A stretch of DNA of 64,000 nucleotides from Laetmonice hystrix (taxonomy: Eukaryota), in contig OZ249436.1 of NCBI GenBank assembly GCA_965235115.1, positions 48,548,001 through 48,612,000 of the forward strand, in the 5' to 3' direction. This document shows positions 39,189 to 52,761 of the stretch, piece after piece. A model generated the notes under the pieces. It ran no database searches, had not been told where the DNA came from, and saw only the letters and a list, made by a program, of their open reading frames with translations. Made by a program: the position numbers and the translations under genes. Each line of letters opens with the position of its first letter. Positions within the stretch are counted from its first letter, which is position 1.

Positions 39189-42100
39189 TAAGGAATATTA
39201 GAATAAAATTATATTTCAAATCTAACCGCATTCGCTTAAATAGTTATGAAGTAGACCCGATGTATAGGCAGAACACCTACAAACATAGACACAAAAACCT
39301 CTGACTTTTGTTTCTTTGTACTTTTTATTTTCCGGCTGCAAAATATCCATTTTGGTATGAACGTGGGCGAGTGACGGAAAGTGTTCACGTAGATTGTTCA
39401 CGTACATCATCACATAGAACGTCCATGACACAGACAACCAAAAATCTGTTATAGCCTGCATAATGTAACACCAGCTTCGTTTGGCCAATACAAAATGCAT
39501 GCAAACACATGTATGCATGTATACATGTAAATGAGATTTGGTCCTGCCGAGTAGAACTTACCATATGCAATATAAGAAATGATTGTTTGCAAATAGGATC
39601 GCAGTATATTCATGGGGCAATTTATTATTATAATTATTATAAAGAATATAATTTAACTGATCCCTTCCCAAATACAAAATACCCACCCTTCAAGTATTAA
39701 ACATCAATGCTCTATCCACGTCACTTAAGGCATCCATCACTGTGTGTAGATCTATTATGCGTAACACTATAATATATTAATTTATTGTGACCACACCTGA
39801 AATAAAGACCATGTATTTCCAGATCTCCAACCCCTCCTAACATTCAAGGTCGACCTTCAAAAATACCACACATATGACCTTGACCCCGTGACCTCTGATC
39901 CCTCCTTCCATAGACGTTCACCTTCCCGTTATGGACCCTGATATTTAATTATTCAAGCATGGATCAGTACAATATGAACCAATACCAGTACACATCGGGT
40001 GAAACCATCACTTACAGCTCCCATGGCGGAGCCACAATGTGCATAGAAAGTATATTAACTGGAAGGAGGGGACGGGGGAAGGTCATCACATGTAAACACT
40101 ACCGGGTTATCAACATCAATCCGGCTGCCATCACGGAATTGTGAAATAATGCATGTCTGTGTCGCTAGGTGGCACCTGCTGATTTTATACTTGCCGCCAG
40201 ATGGCGCTTTGATGGTGAATTCACTTGTTGAAAACGCCACAATAAATAGAATTTTCTTTTCCATGTGAAACCACTGGCTTTTCCACCCTAAAGACCTGTG
40301 TGGGTATATTTTGCTCGTATCTATCGGCAAAACTGCAAGAGGTATCCGACCAATTGCTTTCAACATTTTGTGAGTCCCCAAAACAAAATTCAATAATTAA
40401 AAAAAAATTATACAAAAGATGTCACTGAGGTTCAACTACCTATAACAGATTCTGATACAAAGACACCTGTGAGATTGCTGTTTTCAAAGTCCTTGTCGCA
40501 ATCGTCGGCTGGACTCGACAGACTCTGGCCCTTCCGTTTAGGGAAAGCGAGGAAAAAATAAATAAATAATAATAATAATAACCCCTTTCCAAGTCCTGCT
40601 GGTTTGTCTCACCTTTACCTTGACCTCAGTGGCCACCAGGTGGATATACAGCGACACCTATCGGTTTCTGGGGGTATAACACGAGTAACTGTGACGTCAT
40701 ACCACAGCTTTTTTCTTCTTCACAATTTTATAACCTCGAAGCATTTTCAGCCAGCAATATAATAAGCATTGCAAAAAAAACCCCAATGTTATACTATATC
40801 CTGTGTGTTGTTTGATAGCAGTTTCTGACCAACATATACTCACACCGTCTGTACTGTAATAGTTTACACAGAAGTCATGGGAGACATTATACACATCAAT
40901 GATTTCCGCTCAGCTGGCCCTCCAGTCCTACGGTACCAGTCCTATCCTATACAAAATAAAAACTTATATAACAGGTATAATTCGCGCGGATCCTCCGCTC
41001 AACATCATTCGCACGTTTCAATTACCAACGCCAGCAAGCAAAGATAGAGTTAAATACATCTACTGTGAAGGAATTAAATTACCACCAAAAAAATCAAAAT
41101 TTTAATTTAGACGACATGTTTACTTGACCTAACAAGCAAGGTGATATTGCTTGAGCCCCCCCCCCCCCGCCCCCCGTCCCTCCAAAAACTAAGAATATTC
41201 AATCCCTTACAATCTTGGCTCTTAGTTTGAAATTGTATCGTACAAGATAACCATACCTGGATATCGTGTATTAATTATTAGAATTAATTAAGATTACTTT
41301 GAGACAGTGAACTGCTACAACCACGCTGGTGTCTTACAACATTCACACCAACATTGAATCAAGCCGCCGTGAGAAGAACTCATACCTTTCCTTCATGGTC
41401 TCTGTTATCATATCTGTAAAAATGACCCAGCAACCAAACACTTAGTTTCTCCCATCCACAGTTGTGATTATGAACCCATATATATACCAACTACTAGACG
41501 TAAAAGGTTAAAGCCTTTAAAGGTCACAAAATTAACCACGGGGGTTGACGGCATGGAGGTTCCTACCATAGCAATATAAACTCTTTAAAATATAGTTGGA
41601 ATTTAGTAATAACAAGACCGAGTTTGTGGCATGGCTCCAACTCGACAGGTGTTTATACATGTGTACAGCCGTACACTTCATCTTGTAGTGTATATACACT
41701 TGGACAACTCCTCCTCTTAATGCAATCACATACACTTCTTTCTTAAAACCGTTTTTACTTTAATCCAAAACTTTCAAAAACTTATTTCACCGGGATCCGC
41801 CTATAACTTGTTACGTTTTTATTCCGCATCAGTCTCATGAGCTGACTTATGGTCCCTATGACATGTAGACCATGTGGGCGGATACCGGAGGGTCAAGTTG
41901 ATGGTTCAGGTCAATCCAAGGTCATTCAGGTCATTGCAGCCACTCACGCCACCGCTGGCGTCCCAATCCTCATCACAGCCTCCACATAGTGATGGAGCAA
42001 AGCCTGCTGACTAAAGCCAGGCAAGCGAGAGTCCAACAAGGCCTCAAATACACAAATACATGTAGCTTATACGATCCCGCTGTCTCGGCTCATGTTCAGA

Positions 42101-45100
42101 TTACATACATAAACACATAACACTACAAGTTTTGCACATACTTTTGTGATATACTGACGAATAATAACACTTAATTGAATGTTTAATGAACTTATAGATG
42201 TATTGTAATAGCAGCACGGTGCTACAGAATAAATTAAGATAAACAAGTGTGTTGGATGCACATTATAACCTTTTGTTTATCAGTAAACTATTGTCGCGAC
42301 ACCCACATATTGGGGCCAACATAAAAATAATGAGGCGCAACTCAATGCTAACATAAAATATACATCTCAATCATAGCAAGTATACAATGAGAGCAACTGA
42401 TTCTAATACTACTTAATCAATGAGACAAGCCTTACTAATACTATACAATAAAGCTACCACCACAATTCTGATAGTTACAAACAAACTAATGAGTAATGGA
42501 CAGAGATGAAGAAAATACCGAACTCTTCACGCTAGTAACAAGTCACAGCGGTAAACGAAACAAAACGATGTCACAGTCGAAATATTATTGAGCACATGGC
42601 CTCGGGATGAGTCTCTGTCAAAAAGTATGTGCACATAAAACAACCCACGTTGTCGTTGCTGGTTTTTTTTATCCCGTCAACAGGATGTCAGAAAGACAAA
42701 TCAGAGGTCTTTCCTTTCGCTTCTATTTGGCATGTCCAGTAGACACTGCATACGAGTGAAGATTGTGGCTATGGATTGAGTATCACATAACAATCTCGCC
42801 AAGTTCAGATCAAATCTGTCCTACACGCATGCAGGTTTATATCCTGTACCTCCCAACATCAGAAAACAACTCTGGCAACTGCAGTGCATCATGGGAATCA
42901 GTAATGACGTCACAACCTGTGTCTCTCTTGATTATATCTCTTGTCTCGTTCAGGAAAGAACAGGAGGCTGATGGTCCAATAAATTGTGAACAATGTCTAC
43001 CTCTAAGTATGGAATGTGCTTGGCTTTAGGAGGGTGCTTTGTTTTTTCACCAAGATATCCTTGATCAACTGGTGGCGACTAGTTCGCACCATGGACGCTA
43101 GATCCCAAAACAGACAAATCAGTGGAAACTGAATCCAGAAAGGGCTGAAAACGTACTGAAAAACTGATCCAGCTGTGGCAAAAAAATCGCCAAAATCAAA
43201 CATGTGTACAGACATGTATACCTTCAAAACTTTGCGCATACACTGTTCACGGAGGTGCTGACAAGGATGTTTAACATCAAACATATTGTGATGAGATGCT
43301 AGTTTGACATAGACTTCCATACCATTCAGTTAAGCATGTCCCACTAGAGTTATCCCAATAGTATGTTCAATTTGATACTAAAACGGCATTGGAAAATCTG
43401 CACATGTATTCTCATCCTCACGTGCTACTTTACCATCGTTTATAACTCATCTTCAAGGAGAGAGTTATAAATGCTAAATTTCAATTTAGAACCAAGGTTG
43501 AACTGTTGGAGACAGAGGGAGAGAATGACAATATAAATGTTTTTGGAGGGTCCACTACCGTGCTGGCATCTCTAAATCCGTCGCCATGTCAAACAGTGAC
43601 ACTCTAATGACATCATTCACCACGATGATCAAATACTTACATTTAAATCATCTCAACAATTGTTGGCGATGAGAAGAAAACAAAAAATGACGTGGAAATC
43701 CTGAGGTAAAGATATGTATCATATAGCGTTGTGTCCCTACTGGCACTTGGAAGATACGGTAAGCCTCATAATGCAATAATATCAGAACGTAAAAATGCAT
43801 AGCAAAGATTCTAATGTTGATCTGGGAAGTTGCGTTCACTTCTCCAACCAGCCTTACACTCATTAAAGCCACTTGTGCATGACACATTATCTTCACGTGA
43901 AAATGTGAAGGTCTCAATAGACATTTTCTATTGGTTCACGAGTATTCGAGAACACTATGAGGAAAGTGGGTCCTAGCTGCTTACAATACTCACATATGTG
44001 TGTGTAGGGGGTGAAACGTCAGCCTACCTATATACAACCCATTTCCTTACCAGTTGCCGGAATTTGTCCCCCTTCAAGTGATATTCTATATACATACACT
44101 TTGTTCATATATACTGCTATACATATACATATACATTTGTTTCTTTCAAGATATAACAATGAAACGTTCATGTAAACTTTGTGAGTTCCTCTTGAAAAAT
44201 AACTTCTTCAGTTTTTAGCTACATTGTTTGTAAAAAGAATTTTTGCTATATATTTAATAAATCCTTGGAATAAAATGTACCATATACATAACTCAATTCT
44301 CTATGCAGATCCTGGCTGGCTGTCTTACATACTGGTATATACCTAGCCCCAGCACAAGGGTCAAGACAGTAAACCTTTTAACATTTCTTTGCATATCAGT
44401 AATCTTGTACATCATTTTGAGTTAAGAAAATTTACTTGATCCTATTGCCTTTCACAGTGAACACTTAACCTTCCACTTTTTTCGTTAAATGCCAATACAA
44501 GACCAGGTCTAAACCACAAAATCAGTTAGGAACAACACTGACAGCCAAAGACAGGTTTGATATTATTGGTGCGGTCACACACCAAAAGAACCATGTTTTT
44601 GTTAACATGGAGCGCATACTCAGCAATGGTAAATGTTAGGGCAGGAGGTGCTTATTGTCCGACAGGAAGTCACTTCGATATAATATTGATAATGGTATAC
44701 AATGTATAAATAAATATTACGATCCAACTGCTGCTGCCGCTACAGCCGCTCATGTAGCCATCTTTGAACTCAGTCTGCCCAGCTTCAACCCGACATATGT
44801 GGATACATGATACCGTATATCATATATATTATAACCATACATATATCAAAGCAATTTTTGGCCCTTTTTAGCCATACATGATCCCTGCATATATGATATA
44901 TTTATACTAAATAATAAACAAAGGGGCACGCCCAGCTAAATGATAGCAGCACTGTCGTTATGATATCTACCTTCCTACACCTCCGGTTTATGTTTGTCGG
45001 TGGTAAAGCTCAGTTCGGGGGAGGGGTTCTGGGGTGGGGGCTCGCCATGCTTCCTTTCTCTCTCACCCTCTACATGAGGAACTGTCTAACTCTGATCCAG

Positions 45101-47036
45101 GCGACCCCTAAAACAACCATAAATTTACTAAATCTCTGCTAGTAGTAATCAAAGGAAGACAAAGATAGTTATTCTTTCAGTTTGATTCATCTACTAAGGC
45201 TGGTGGTGTGCATACCTACTAGACATGTCCCCCGAGTGTGAGTTGGAGAGATGTCCCTCGAGCCAGTGTGTGATTTTTGAGAACGTCCCCCAAATAGGTG
45301 ATGGGTAGCACTAAACACCTTTACTGCTGTTCATCGGAGTAAACCACCAATAAAAATCCCATCACACACACCTCAGCAACATCAGGGTCCGAAAAAAATC
45401 TGCTCATAAAAAAAACGGAAAACTGCAAACAGCAAAACTGCTGGGGCAAACGAGTGAAGTGAGTACTTTCGTGGCTGAGTTTATCTTGAATTTCTGCTAC
45501 TCAAAATGTAGAGGCAGCACGATTCCCTGTTAAAATGGTTAATGTTAAATCTGGACTTTAATTTCAGTAGACTTCTGCACCAGATCTGGGTTCATGATAT
45601 TCTTCTTGATATGGATAGAACAGGATTTGTAAATTACGTATACATGGTTCATAAAGACAAAAAAAACGGACTGCGTTTGCAAGCCCCATATATGAAGAAA
45701 AAAAAACCTTAATGCTTTTGGCTGGTGTCCTAAACCACCCAAGGTTAAGGTTCCAACCAAGAGACTTGTTTTGTTTGGCTGGGAAACCATTTTATCATAG
45801 AATCACAGCCCTTTGTCTTGTAAAAGACTGTGCTGATCGGTTTGGGGCTGATCTGAGACAAACGTTGGGGAGTCAGGGGGCTGCACAATCTCTCCTCCAT
45901 TTACCTTGAGTAACCTTGAATGGATTCCTGACCTGTCTATCAGCACTTATTATATTCAAAATACATCCTATATCTCTCAATCTAAATGTTTTTTGGTATC
46001 CGCCTCATATATGGAAAGTCAGAACTTTAATCAAAATAACCACGCCCTGCGAAATGTGTAGTTCATAAAGAGGCCACCAGTTAGCAGCACTTAGTAACGA
46101 CGAACGTATGTATAAATAGAACCCACTGCAGGAGCGTTCACTTTATGGAAAAGATGGAATGTTTGAGAGTAGAGTATTGGGTCTTTTCATTATGTCTTTG
46201 CTGAATGACGAAACCAAAAGCTACTTTACTACTGGAGACTACACGTACCTACTAAATATCAAATAGAAAGTGTAAAGTGTTCAAGCGTCTCGTAGGAATA
46301 TCACTAAGGCAGTAGCCTGCAGTTTAAGCTACCATGGAATGTATATACGACTTAACACTTTCAACACTTCTTAAAACTAGGTCCAATATACAACTGAAAC
46401 TTATCCCATGACCAATACTATTCCCTTTTGATGAATAATCTACCAAGTTCAGGGTTAATAACAAAGCAGAAAAAAAAACTAAAGACAGTGTCGACCGATC
46501 AGTATTCTACAGCTCAGTCGGAAGAGTAGTAGAACAGTGAATTCGGGCCCGACACTTACAAGATCTTTGGTAATAATAAACTCTCTTTCACCTCAACTGT
46601 GTGGGCCTGACATATCAATTACAACTTCGCCACCAATTTCAGAACATGATTAAAACAAATGTCATGTCCACAAAGTGAGACAAACTATAAGTGTTTCCAC
46701 AATCAATATGCTCAAGCCAAGCAGCTGTACTACAGCTATCGTACATTTGTAAGAAGCAATAAGGTATAAATGACAAAACATGGGTTTCTGCCACCAGTAA
46801 GAACACTTGAATAGTTCCTTCACATTACTAATATTTCATAAATAAAAGACTGAGCTGGGGACGGTGACACATCACAGACCATCAGGCTACACCCTTCATG
46901 TAACGCTTTGACTCCTCGTTTGGTGCTGCCATGATGACAATTTGGTGCTGGTGTGGTGTGTTCCTCTGGAGATGTGCACCTGTTGCCATGGTTACAGACT
47001 ATCCTTGGCAACGGTAAACTGTTGCCACAGCAACGA

Positions 47037-47201
47037 TCAGGTGCTGCTTGATGAGTCCCCTTGAGACTCCATCTCCATGGTGTTGTTCTGTGACTCCCCA
47101 GACTCTGACTTTACATATTTACATGACTCCTGTTTGTACGACTTTGGTTTGCGTTTTCTTGAGTAGATCTGTCCACGAACCAAAGACAATGGCCTTTCAA
47201 C
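47037..47201 (-). CDS. Atypical GATA factor, exon 4 (basic tail and stop)
   Basis: ttttcag|VERPLSLVRGQIYSRKRKPKSYKQ...GDSSSST*; matches the GATA C-finger basic tail (VxRPLxM....IQTRKRKPK). Confidence 0.9.
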   Translation of the reverse strand, partial: VERPLSLVRGQIYSRKRKPKSYKQESCKYVKSESGESQNNTMEMESQGDSSSST

Positions 47202-47425
47202 CTGAAAAAACACATTATTGCATTAGCCTTGAAAGTATCAAAATGAAGTATCACTAATTTATACAATCAAGAAAACCAGCAAATAATCAAATATTAAAAG
47301 ATTAGAGCTTACTGAAATTACAGTTGGTATAATTCAAAATCTAAACAAAACTGTATATTTTTAGCATTAATCACAAACACTCGACAATCAGTACAAGTGA
47401 ATCATACATATATGTGATGACATAC

Positions 47426-47569
47426 ATTATGCAGTTTGTAATAGAGGCCACACGGGTTACAGATGGGTAGTCCCTCATGACTGCGACGCCACATGGTGGT
47501 GACAGAGGTGCCACAGTTACTGCACATCACGCCGGAACGCCTGTTCAGGCTCCCTGATAAACTCCGTCC
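47426..47569 (-). CDS. Atypical GATA factor, exon 3 (GATA zinc finger)
   Basis: tgtag|[48 protein letters not shown]|gtatgt; C-X2-C-X17-C-X2-C; 144 nt, phase 0/0. Confidence 0.95.
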
Positions 47570-48041
47570 CTACAACATCGACAAACACATTACAAGATAA
47601 CAACTGATAACCTCGGAACCTACTACAACCACAAAGCTTGAACCCTGACACAATGTGAACCTCAAATATTACCACACAAGTATCAAGGATAGATTAAACC
47701 TCGAGTACTGGTAATACAGGTCCCTTATCTGACCATTGATGCTGCAGTAATGGAAGAATGATCCATTCCATAACACTGATTAATATCAAGATCTGAACAG
47801 GTCACATCGCTCCTCAACAAACCTAATACATATACAGCCAAAAAAGGGGGTATGGCCATGTTTCCTTTCAGATTCCTTGGTGTATTCCTATAATAACAAT
47901 TCGATTTAAATTCTTCACACCAAAAAGACTTTTTAAACTAACTCTACACTTTCTAGGTTGACTATTACACGTTAATATTTATTCCAAAGCAGTTAGCTGC
48001 TGGTTAGAAGCCATCAGCTGTGGTCTATGTGGATAACTTAC

Positions 48042-48137
48042 CCGAGACGGATCCTTCCCATCAGCCTCTGACCCTGAGTTGCTGCCTGTCGCTGTTGATG
48101 CAAGCACACTGCCCATAACATCTCCCGACTCTGATGC
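48042..48137 (-). CDS. Atypical GATA factor, exon 2 (linker)
   Basis: tgcag|ASESGDVMGSVLASTATGSNSGSEADGKDPSR|gtaagt; 96 nt, phase 0/0. Confidence 0.75.
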
Positions 48138-48468
48138 CTGCAATCAGTCTTCTCTTTAATATACAAACTAGTAGCTTCTTTCTTTCTTTCAAACTTTGTT
48201 CTTTAATATACAAACTAGTTTAAAAAGTACTAGGAAAACAGTCACACTGAACCTAACAAAAGCATATGATGTGGAACTGATTGGCAGTAGGTACAATATT
48301 AGTATAATTTGACACCTAAACTGACTGTTCTTAATTGTGCCTAGTTCCCAATCTTTAGTCTACACTCATACACTCAGCAACAAAAATGATAAAAGTATAG
48401 ACAGGCACCAAAGGGAGAAATCTTATGAAAACCAGAATCAACAAATTAAAGTCTGCTGTACACTTCAC

Positions 48469-49818
48469 CTGCATCATGGAGAGATCTGTGGCAGTGACCT
48501 GCGAACGCTCAGCACCTGTGAAATCCAGCGCATATGGAATGGCAGGTGGAATGTATCCTGCAATAGGGATTCCCATCAATCCATGACCTGCTTTCAGCAA
48601 TGATGCAATTGTTGAGTTGGCATCAGGACACTTCTTTTCTCTTTGCTGTTTATCTTTTATGATTGGGCTACAGTTCAAAGCCCCACAGTTCTGCAGGTCA
48701 TCCAAGTCAGCCGGCTCTGGTTTTATCAATACTCCTTCTATGCTATACGGAGTGTTGGGCGCCCTTTTGCGAATTTCGTCTGCAGCTGATTCAACATCTG
48801 GCTTGGGACTATTATCAGTAGAATTTGTCAGCAAGCTGCTGCTGCTGGACTGGGTTCCATCACATGTTAAAGCAATTGGTTCTTCTTGCATGTCGGCCAT
48901 GGCATCATAGTCCATGGCATCATGGGAAGATTTGTAGGAGGGATCTAGTTTTGAGACAATCCCTTGATGATCGCTGCTGCATAGCTGATGCTGCACTTCA
49001 CTGGTCCTCTCCATGCATAACAGAACAGAGTTAGTCCTTTCATTATCTGCATTTGTCTTTTTCACAGTTCTCTCTTCTATGGGATCGAACTGAGAACTGT
49101 ACGGTGAGCTGTTATGGTACGCATGTTTCATTGCCACTGCATCTGTCTGAGACGTTTCTGAGCCGACAACCTCTGTAACTTTTGTGATGCTTCTATTCTT
49201 GGGTTTCTGTAGATTAACTGGCTGATCATCAACAAAAGAAGATTTTGCGTCCTGTTTACAATGAAGGTTGTGGGTGGTAGGCACTTTCAAGATGTGGCGA
49301 TTCATATTGACCAGTCTTATGCCGCCCGATAACGACGGCTTTGTCGAGTGGGCGGGTGTACCGTTTGGCTCGACTACATGGCCCTGAATAATCTGACTGG
49401 GAGTGCTTGACTTTCTAGGGGCTTTACCCGACATGTTGCTCCTGTTGAGTGGGCGTGATTTTCGCCTTGAACTGTGGCTGCTGGTGTCATCCATCTTTGA
49501 CCTCGATTCACTGATTGCCCCGTCCGAGATGTTATCGTCCCCTTCCACCAGTAACCCCTGCCCAATCCGCTCCCCTGGGTCGGCCCTACAATCTAAAACA
49601 TCTTCACAATCTTCATCCCCGCAATACACGCCCCCTTCGTTCTCAGATCCTAGCGAAACTGTCTCTTTAATACTGACGAGAAACACCTGGTTGCGATCGA
49701 GCGTGATGCCCAGTAGCCCCTCCACACTCAGTTCACAATCGTATTGTAGACCGGTTTTACACAACATAGTTATGGCTTCACGAAGGCCGCGACAAAGTCG
49801 CTCTTTTTCCAGATTCAT
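48469..49818 (-). CDS. Atypical GATA factor, exon 1 (conserved-looking N-terminal domain plus long disordered region)
   Basis: First 450 codons of the 487-aa ORF; MNLEKERLCRGLREAITMLCKTGLQYDCELSVEGLLGITLDRNQVFLVSIKETV; donor CAG|GTGAAG after ...DLSMMQ. Confidence 0.85.
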
Positions 49819-50255
49819 TTTGCCTGATCTCCGATTCTACGATCTAAGATACCGGTTTGCAATCACACAAATCGTGCGGAAATTCCAGACAGCCAAAAAC
49901 CACCACCCAACAACAGGCCGAATTCTGGAATCCCCAAACGCCGCCTTATCAGACTTTGTGATCAAAGTTAGATTGTAGTAGAAACGCCACACCAACTATG
50001 AAATATAGCAAAAAAACTGGGGCTCATCTCTGCCCGCGAGTGACCACAAATATATTGGATACAACCTATCTGGCTTATCGATTCCCGGGTCCTCGTACCT
50101 GAGTGGTGAGACTTACAGATAAGGAAGCCCCTAATCACTTGGCCTATTATCAGAGCAGATTACACCTGTGACGACACGTTTCCTGTTCACGCATACCCGG
50201 ATGTAAACAATCATTCGCCCCTCCCGACCGAAAGAGTGAATCAGTGCGAGATGAT

Positions 50256-50280
50256 TGCACTGGTATCCACTAGGGGGCGT
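50256..50280 (+). promoter_or_regulatory. CTCF-like site near the putative 5' end of the GATA-finger gene
   Basis: TGCACTGGTATCCACTAGGGGGCGT: core CCACTAGGGGGCG with an upstream TGCACT module. Confidence 0.45.
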
Positions 50281-51956
50281 GGTGAGAATGAACTCTCACC
50301 AGCAGGGTCCAGTCAAAGATATATCATCCTACACTCTTTGGTCCAGTCTCGGTAACCCGAGCTATTATGATCAAGACTGAGCAGGGTCAAGATCCCCTAA
50401 ATTCGAATTGAAGGTCTTTTCAGTGGTTTAAATGTATAATGTGAAACTCTATAATTGTGAAATATGTCCGGGGCATACCCCCCCCCGAAAAATTTTGAAA
50501 TTTATAGTGTAATTTGGTGACATTTGGTGCATCTTAGAGCACAAAATAAGGTCTGAAATATGAGAAAATACCCTCCCCCCATAGACTTCCATACACTTCC
50601 AATGGCAAAAGTCAAGGGGAGGGAAAAAGTGGGGGGGGGGGGCAAAAGATACTCTGGCCCCCCTCATTTCAAAGTGGGGGGGGGGGGGCATGGCCCCCCT
50701 GGCCCCCCCTTTTCCTACGCCCCTGCTTTTGTATTCAGTTTAGGGTAGTTAGGTCTAGACTTCACTATAATCATGGAACTTTATAGTAGGCCTAGATCTA
50801 TCTCTCAGCTGGAGAATTAGTCTGGCTGAGACAGACTGAGGCCTAGCCTACAAAGACGATTGATGGTGCGAGAACCCCGGAGCTCCTGGAACCCCGCCCT
50901 CCTGGGTACGGGCCTGGCCGCACACCCACCCCCAACCTTCGGATTTTCGACGACAGTTAAGCTACAGGGGCGGATCCAGGATTTTCAAGACGGGGGTGGG
51001 GGTGCTATAGAAAAGGGCACTTTCTAAAACCGCCCCCCCCCCCCCGTGAGTAGCCTAAACAGTCAAATAAAAGTGGCATATGGTAATAGGGCCTATATAT
51101 CAACAGGGCCGTAGCTATTTCTGAGTGTGGGGGCAGTCAGGGGCGGGTCCAGGAATTTGGTAAAGGTGGTGTCCCCCCAATGGTGTCCCCCACGCGAGCG
51201 CCAAAGGCGCAAAGCTATCAATGGGGGTTGGGGTGGGGGGGGGGGGCGGGGGAGGGGTTGTGTGCATGGGTTTGTTCCCTTCTAGCAGAAACCAAATTGC
51301 TTCCTAAGGGGGGGGGGTTACAACCCCCGTAACCGCCCCCCCCCCCGATCCGCTCTGCTCAAGAGCCCCAAATTTATTTTATAGGCTGATAAAAAAAAGA
51401 TAGATCTAGGCCTATTGACGCACGCCTTCGGCGCTCCCCAGAATTTTCAATATCCGCTTGAATTCTGCTAACTTCACCCAAATGCTTTGAGAAACTCCGC
51501 AATTTCTATCTCCAGATGCTGGGAATTAGCGTTTTGGGGCCTTCTAAATTCAAAAATGTACCCCCGCGCTTGGTTTAGCTCGATCGCGCCTTCGGCGCTT
51601 GAGGGCGCCCCCTTTCGTGCAGTGCTGGTTCCGCGCCTGAGATGTGCCCCTCCACCACTTTTTGTCACGTTCATATAGGCCTACGCCTGAAAAGCTTGGT
51701 CATATTAAAATGACTAATAAAGGTTTGTCATTCTGTCCATTTCCGAGACGACGAACCTTTTCCTCATTTTGACGAACTCATGCAGATTCGTCAAAGTGAC
51801 CAACCTAGACCAAAAAAAAGACAAATATTTGAACAATAGGCCTACTAAGCTTGAGTATGGCGGGATTTCTCATTCCTTTGGTTGGGCAAGTAGCTTCCCC
51901 ATAAATTGAGCCATAAATGGACTATCCAACTGCCTGCGAAAATTACGGCTAGGTAA

Positions 51957-52761
51957 AGCCCCTTTCACAATAATTATTGGCGCACGATCAATTGCGACCG
52001 AAATGGTCAAACCGCGGTCGTGCGATCGTCTAAAAAAAATTTGAATCGCAACTGAATCGCAGTAGCTTTCACAAATGCGATCGTGTTCGTGCGTCCACAT
52101 GCGAGTGTTGCATGACCCAGTCGCATACGCTCGTGCGATCGATCGTGCGTCCACATGCGAGTGTTGCACGATTGCGAGCGAGCTGACGTCACTCGTGCAA
52201 CCAGTGCGACCGATCGCATGCTCGTGCGACTGGTCGTGCGAGCATGCGATCGCTCGCACGTTTAGGGGAGACCTGTTGCACGACCATCCGATCGCTCGGG
52301 CCGCCATGACGACGACTTTTCCTTTCAATGCATGCATACACTCGCGAAAGGGTCGCACAACGTTGCACGATGAGGTGCGACTTGGTCGCAGGACACATTT
52401 TCCAGGACGCACGACTGATCGCCAGTGGTCGCTAGGACTCACGCGACTGTTGCACGACCTCCGGCCGATCATGTGCGAGCTTTCAGTCGCACACGGTAGT
52501 GCGATAGATGGCACGACCGTCTGCAACGGTCGTGCGAAGGTGGTGCAAGGGTCGTGCAACGGACTGCGATAATTTTGGTCGCACCAAGTCGCCTCTGAAT
52601 TTTTGACATGTCAAAAACCCAGCCGCGACCGGTTGCGAGCGCTTGCGACCCTGCAACCGGGGCGATCACTCGCACGACACCATGCGAGTGGTGGTGCCAC
52701 GGAAGCGATTTTCCGTTGCAGGTGGTCGGGACCTGGTCGTGCAACAATTGTGAAAGGGGCT
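51957..52761. mobile_element. PIF/Harbinger-type non-autonomous element
   Basis: TAA|AGCCCCTTTCACAAT ... ATTGTGAAAGGGGCT|TAA; perfect 15-bp TIR, 3-bp TSD, TGCGA/TCGCA-rich interior. Confidence 0.85.

Noticed and set aside
42763..43917. ORFs as additional zinc-finger exons of the GATA gene
   Set aside because: No Cys/His finger spacing or convincing splice pairs; composition looks like UTR.
48355..48468. Hydrophobic C-terminus of the 487-aa ORF as a TM anchor
   Set aside because: Most likely read-through into intron 1 past the CAG|GTGAAG donor; downstream exons continue in phase.
49403..49978. 191-aa + strand ORF
   Set aside because: Antisense shadow of the GATA gene exon 1.
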